Assembly (NCBI GenBank): GCA_038208905.1
Contig: JBBQYG010000086.1
Span: forward strand, 1-16,399
Direction: 5' to 3'
DNA length: 16,399 nucleotides
From: Candidatus Sumerlaeia bacterium
Lineage (GTDB): Bacteria; Sumerlaeota; Sumerlaeia; SLMS01
Part shown: piece after piece, positions 15,579 through 16,399 of the stretch
Layout: each line of letters opens with the position of its first letter
How positions within the stretch are numbered: position 1 is the first letter of the stretch
Notes under the pieces: model-generated
What the model was told of the DNA's origin: nothing
The model's input: only the letters and a program-made list of their open reading frames with translations
Databases searched by the model: none
Made by a program: the position numbers and the translations under genes

Positions 15579-16399
15579 CGGTGATTTTCTGCGCGTGACG
15601 GAATTCGCCCGCTACCAGCCCGCGCCGATGAGCTACTGCGGCGAGAAGCCTCGCGTGAGCATCCGCGCACGCGAGCGGGTAGAGCCAGTCGAGGCCACGC
15701 GGAACGTGGATCGTTGGCCCCGCGTGCGAATCGTCGAGCGCGTCGCTGATGAGCACGACTGGCGCGCCGTAGCCGTCCAGCCGTTCTGCCAAGCGATGAG
15801 TCGCCTCCAGAGAATCGCCATCGCGGGCAAAAATCACCACGCCATGTTCCGGGCCGGCCATCTCGATCGGGCCGTGGCGGAATGCGCCGATCGTCATGGC
15901 CGCGGTTGGGAGCCGGGCGCCCTCCGTGAAGGTGATCGCGGCTTGGCGCGCGGCAGTCATCCCCCCGCCCGTGGAAAGGAAGCTGATCGCGCAAACACCC
16001 GCAAGCCGCGTCGCCGCCGCCTCAATTTCCTTTGCATCCGTTTTCGCCCAGTGTTCCGCAATTCCAAGGAGCGACTGTTCGACGTGTCCGGTGTCGATGC
16101 CCTCGAAGTGGGAGCACATCAACGCCAGCAGCGCCAGCGTATTGCAGTATGTCTTGGCACTGATTGAATTTTCTGCGCCCGCCTTCAGCGGCAGGACGAG
16201 CTCCGCACCCTCCGCGAGCGGGCTCGACTCGTCGTTGACGACGGCGATAAATCGTTCGCCCTCTTCGCGGAGTTGCTCGGCCATGCGGCACGTCTCATAG
16301 CTTCGGCCCGATTGACTGACGAGGACGTATATATCCGCCGGGATCGGCGACTCGAAGGCAAGTTCCCCCGCCTCGGCCATGCGCGCGACAATCCCCTCG
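15565..16399 (-). CDS. Double-SIS-domain sugar-phosphate isomerase/deaminase (GlmS C-terminal / AgaS / FrlB-like), 5'-partial
   Basis: The frame stays open beyond ATG 16380 to the window edge (EGIVARMAEAGE...), and the N-terminal part of the first SIS domain is missing. Motifs VSQSGRSYET, VNDESSPLA, ENSISAKTY, FRHGPIE and a C-terminal KIT. The stop overlaps the start of the oxidoreductase by 14 nt. Confidence 0.82.
   Translation of the reverse strand, partial: EGIVARMAEAGELAFESPIPADIYVLVSQSGRSYETCRMAEQLREEGERFIAVVNDESSPLAEGAELVLPLKAGAENSISAKTYCNTLALLALMCSHFEGIDTGHVEQSLLGIAEHWAKTDAKEIEAAATRLAGVCAISFLSTGGGMTAARQAAITFTEGARLPTAAMTIGAFRHGPIEMAGPEHGVVIFARDGDSLEATHRLAERLDGYGAPVVLISDALDDSHAGPTIHVPRGLDWLYPLACADAHARLLAAVAHRRGLVAGEFRHAQKITDAEL

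Noticed and set aside
133..16300. Many long overlapping or antisense ORFs (e.g. 742-1713, 7647-8405, 8435-9733, 11478-12635, 14358-15332, 15220-16167)
   Set aside because: These are shadow ORFs expected in GC-rich coding DNA. They are low-complexity R/P/A/G-rich, have no recognisable motifs, and overlap well-supported genes.
1..16399. CRISPR array, tRNA/rRNA, transposase/integrase, defence genes
   Set aside because: No periodic repeats, RNA-gene signatures or recombinase/nuclease motifs were seen, and nearly all the sequence is explained by the listed CDSs.

Overview
GC-rich bacterial DNA, almost fully coding, with 12 supportable CDSs. No RNA gene, CRISPR array or mobile element was recognisable. 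In order: (1) a 5'-truncated type I pullulanase-like GH13 enzyme; (2) a four-gene signalling block, with REC + RsbW/SpoIIAB-like kinase and REC + HD-GYP on the minus strand, divergent from a PAS-PAS-GAF-PAS(LOV-like)-GAF hybrid histidine kinase and a stand-alone receiver; (3) a glycosylation cluster of two tandem GT4 enzymes and a GT-C-like polytopic membrane protein; (4) argG, divergent from a WaaE/LgtF-like GT2; (5) a DAO/PuuB-like FAD oxidoreductase coupled to a SIS-domain sugar-phosphate enzyme that runs off the window end. The best candidate for something undescribed is the signalling block. Its kinase has a LOV-like domain lacking both the adduct Cys (Pro instead) and the signalling Gln (Glu instead) but carrying a CGWC motif. 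The HD-GYP protein has a GYH variant motif, and the anti-sigma-type kinase has no visible partner. All calls come from reading motifs by eye; no searches were run.
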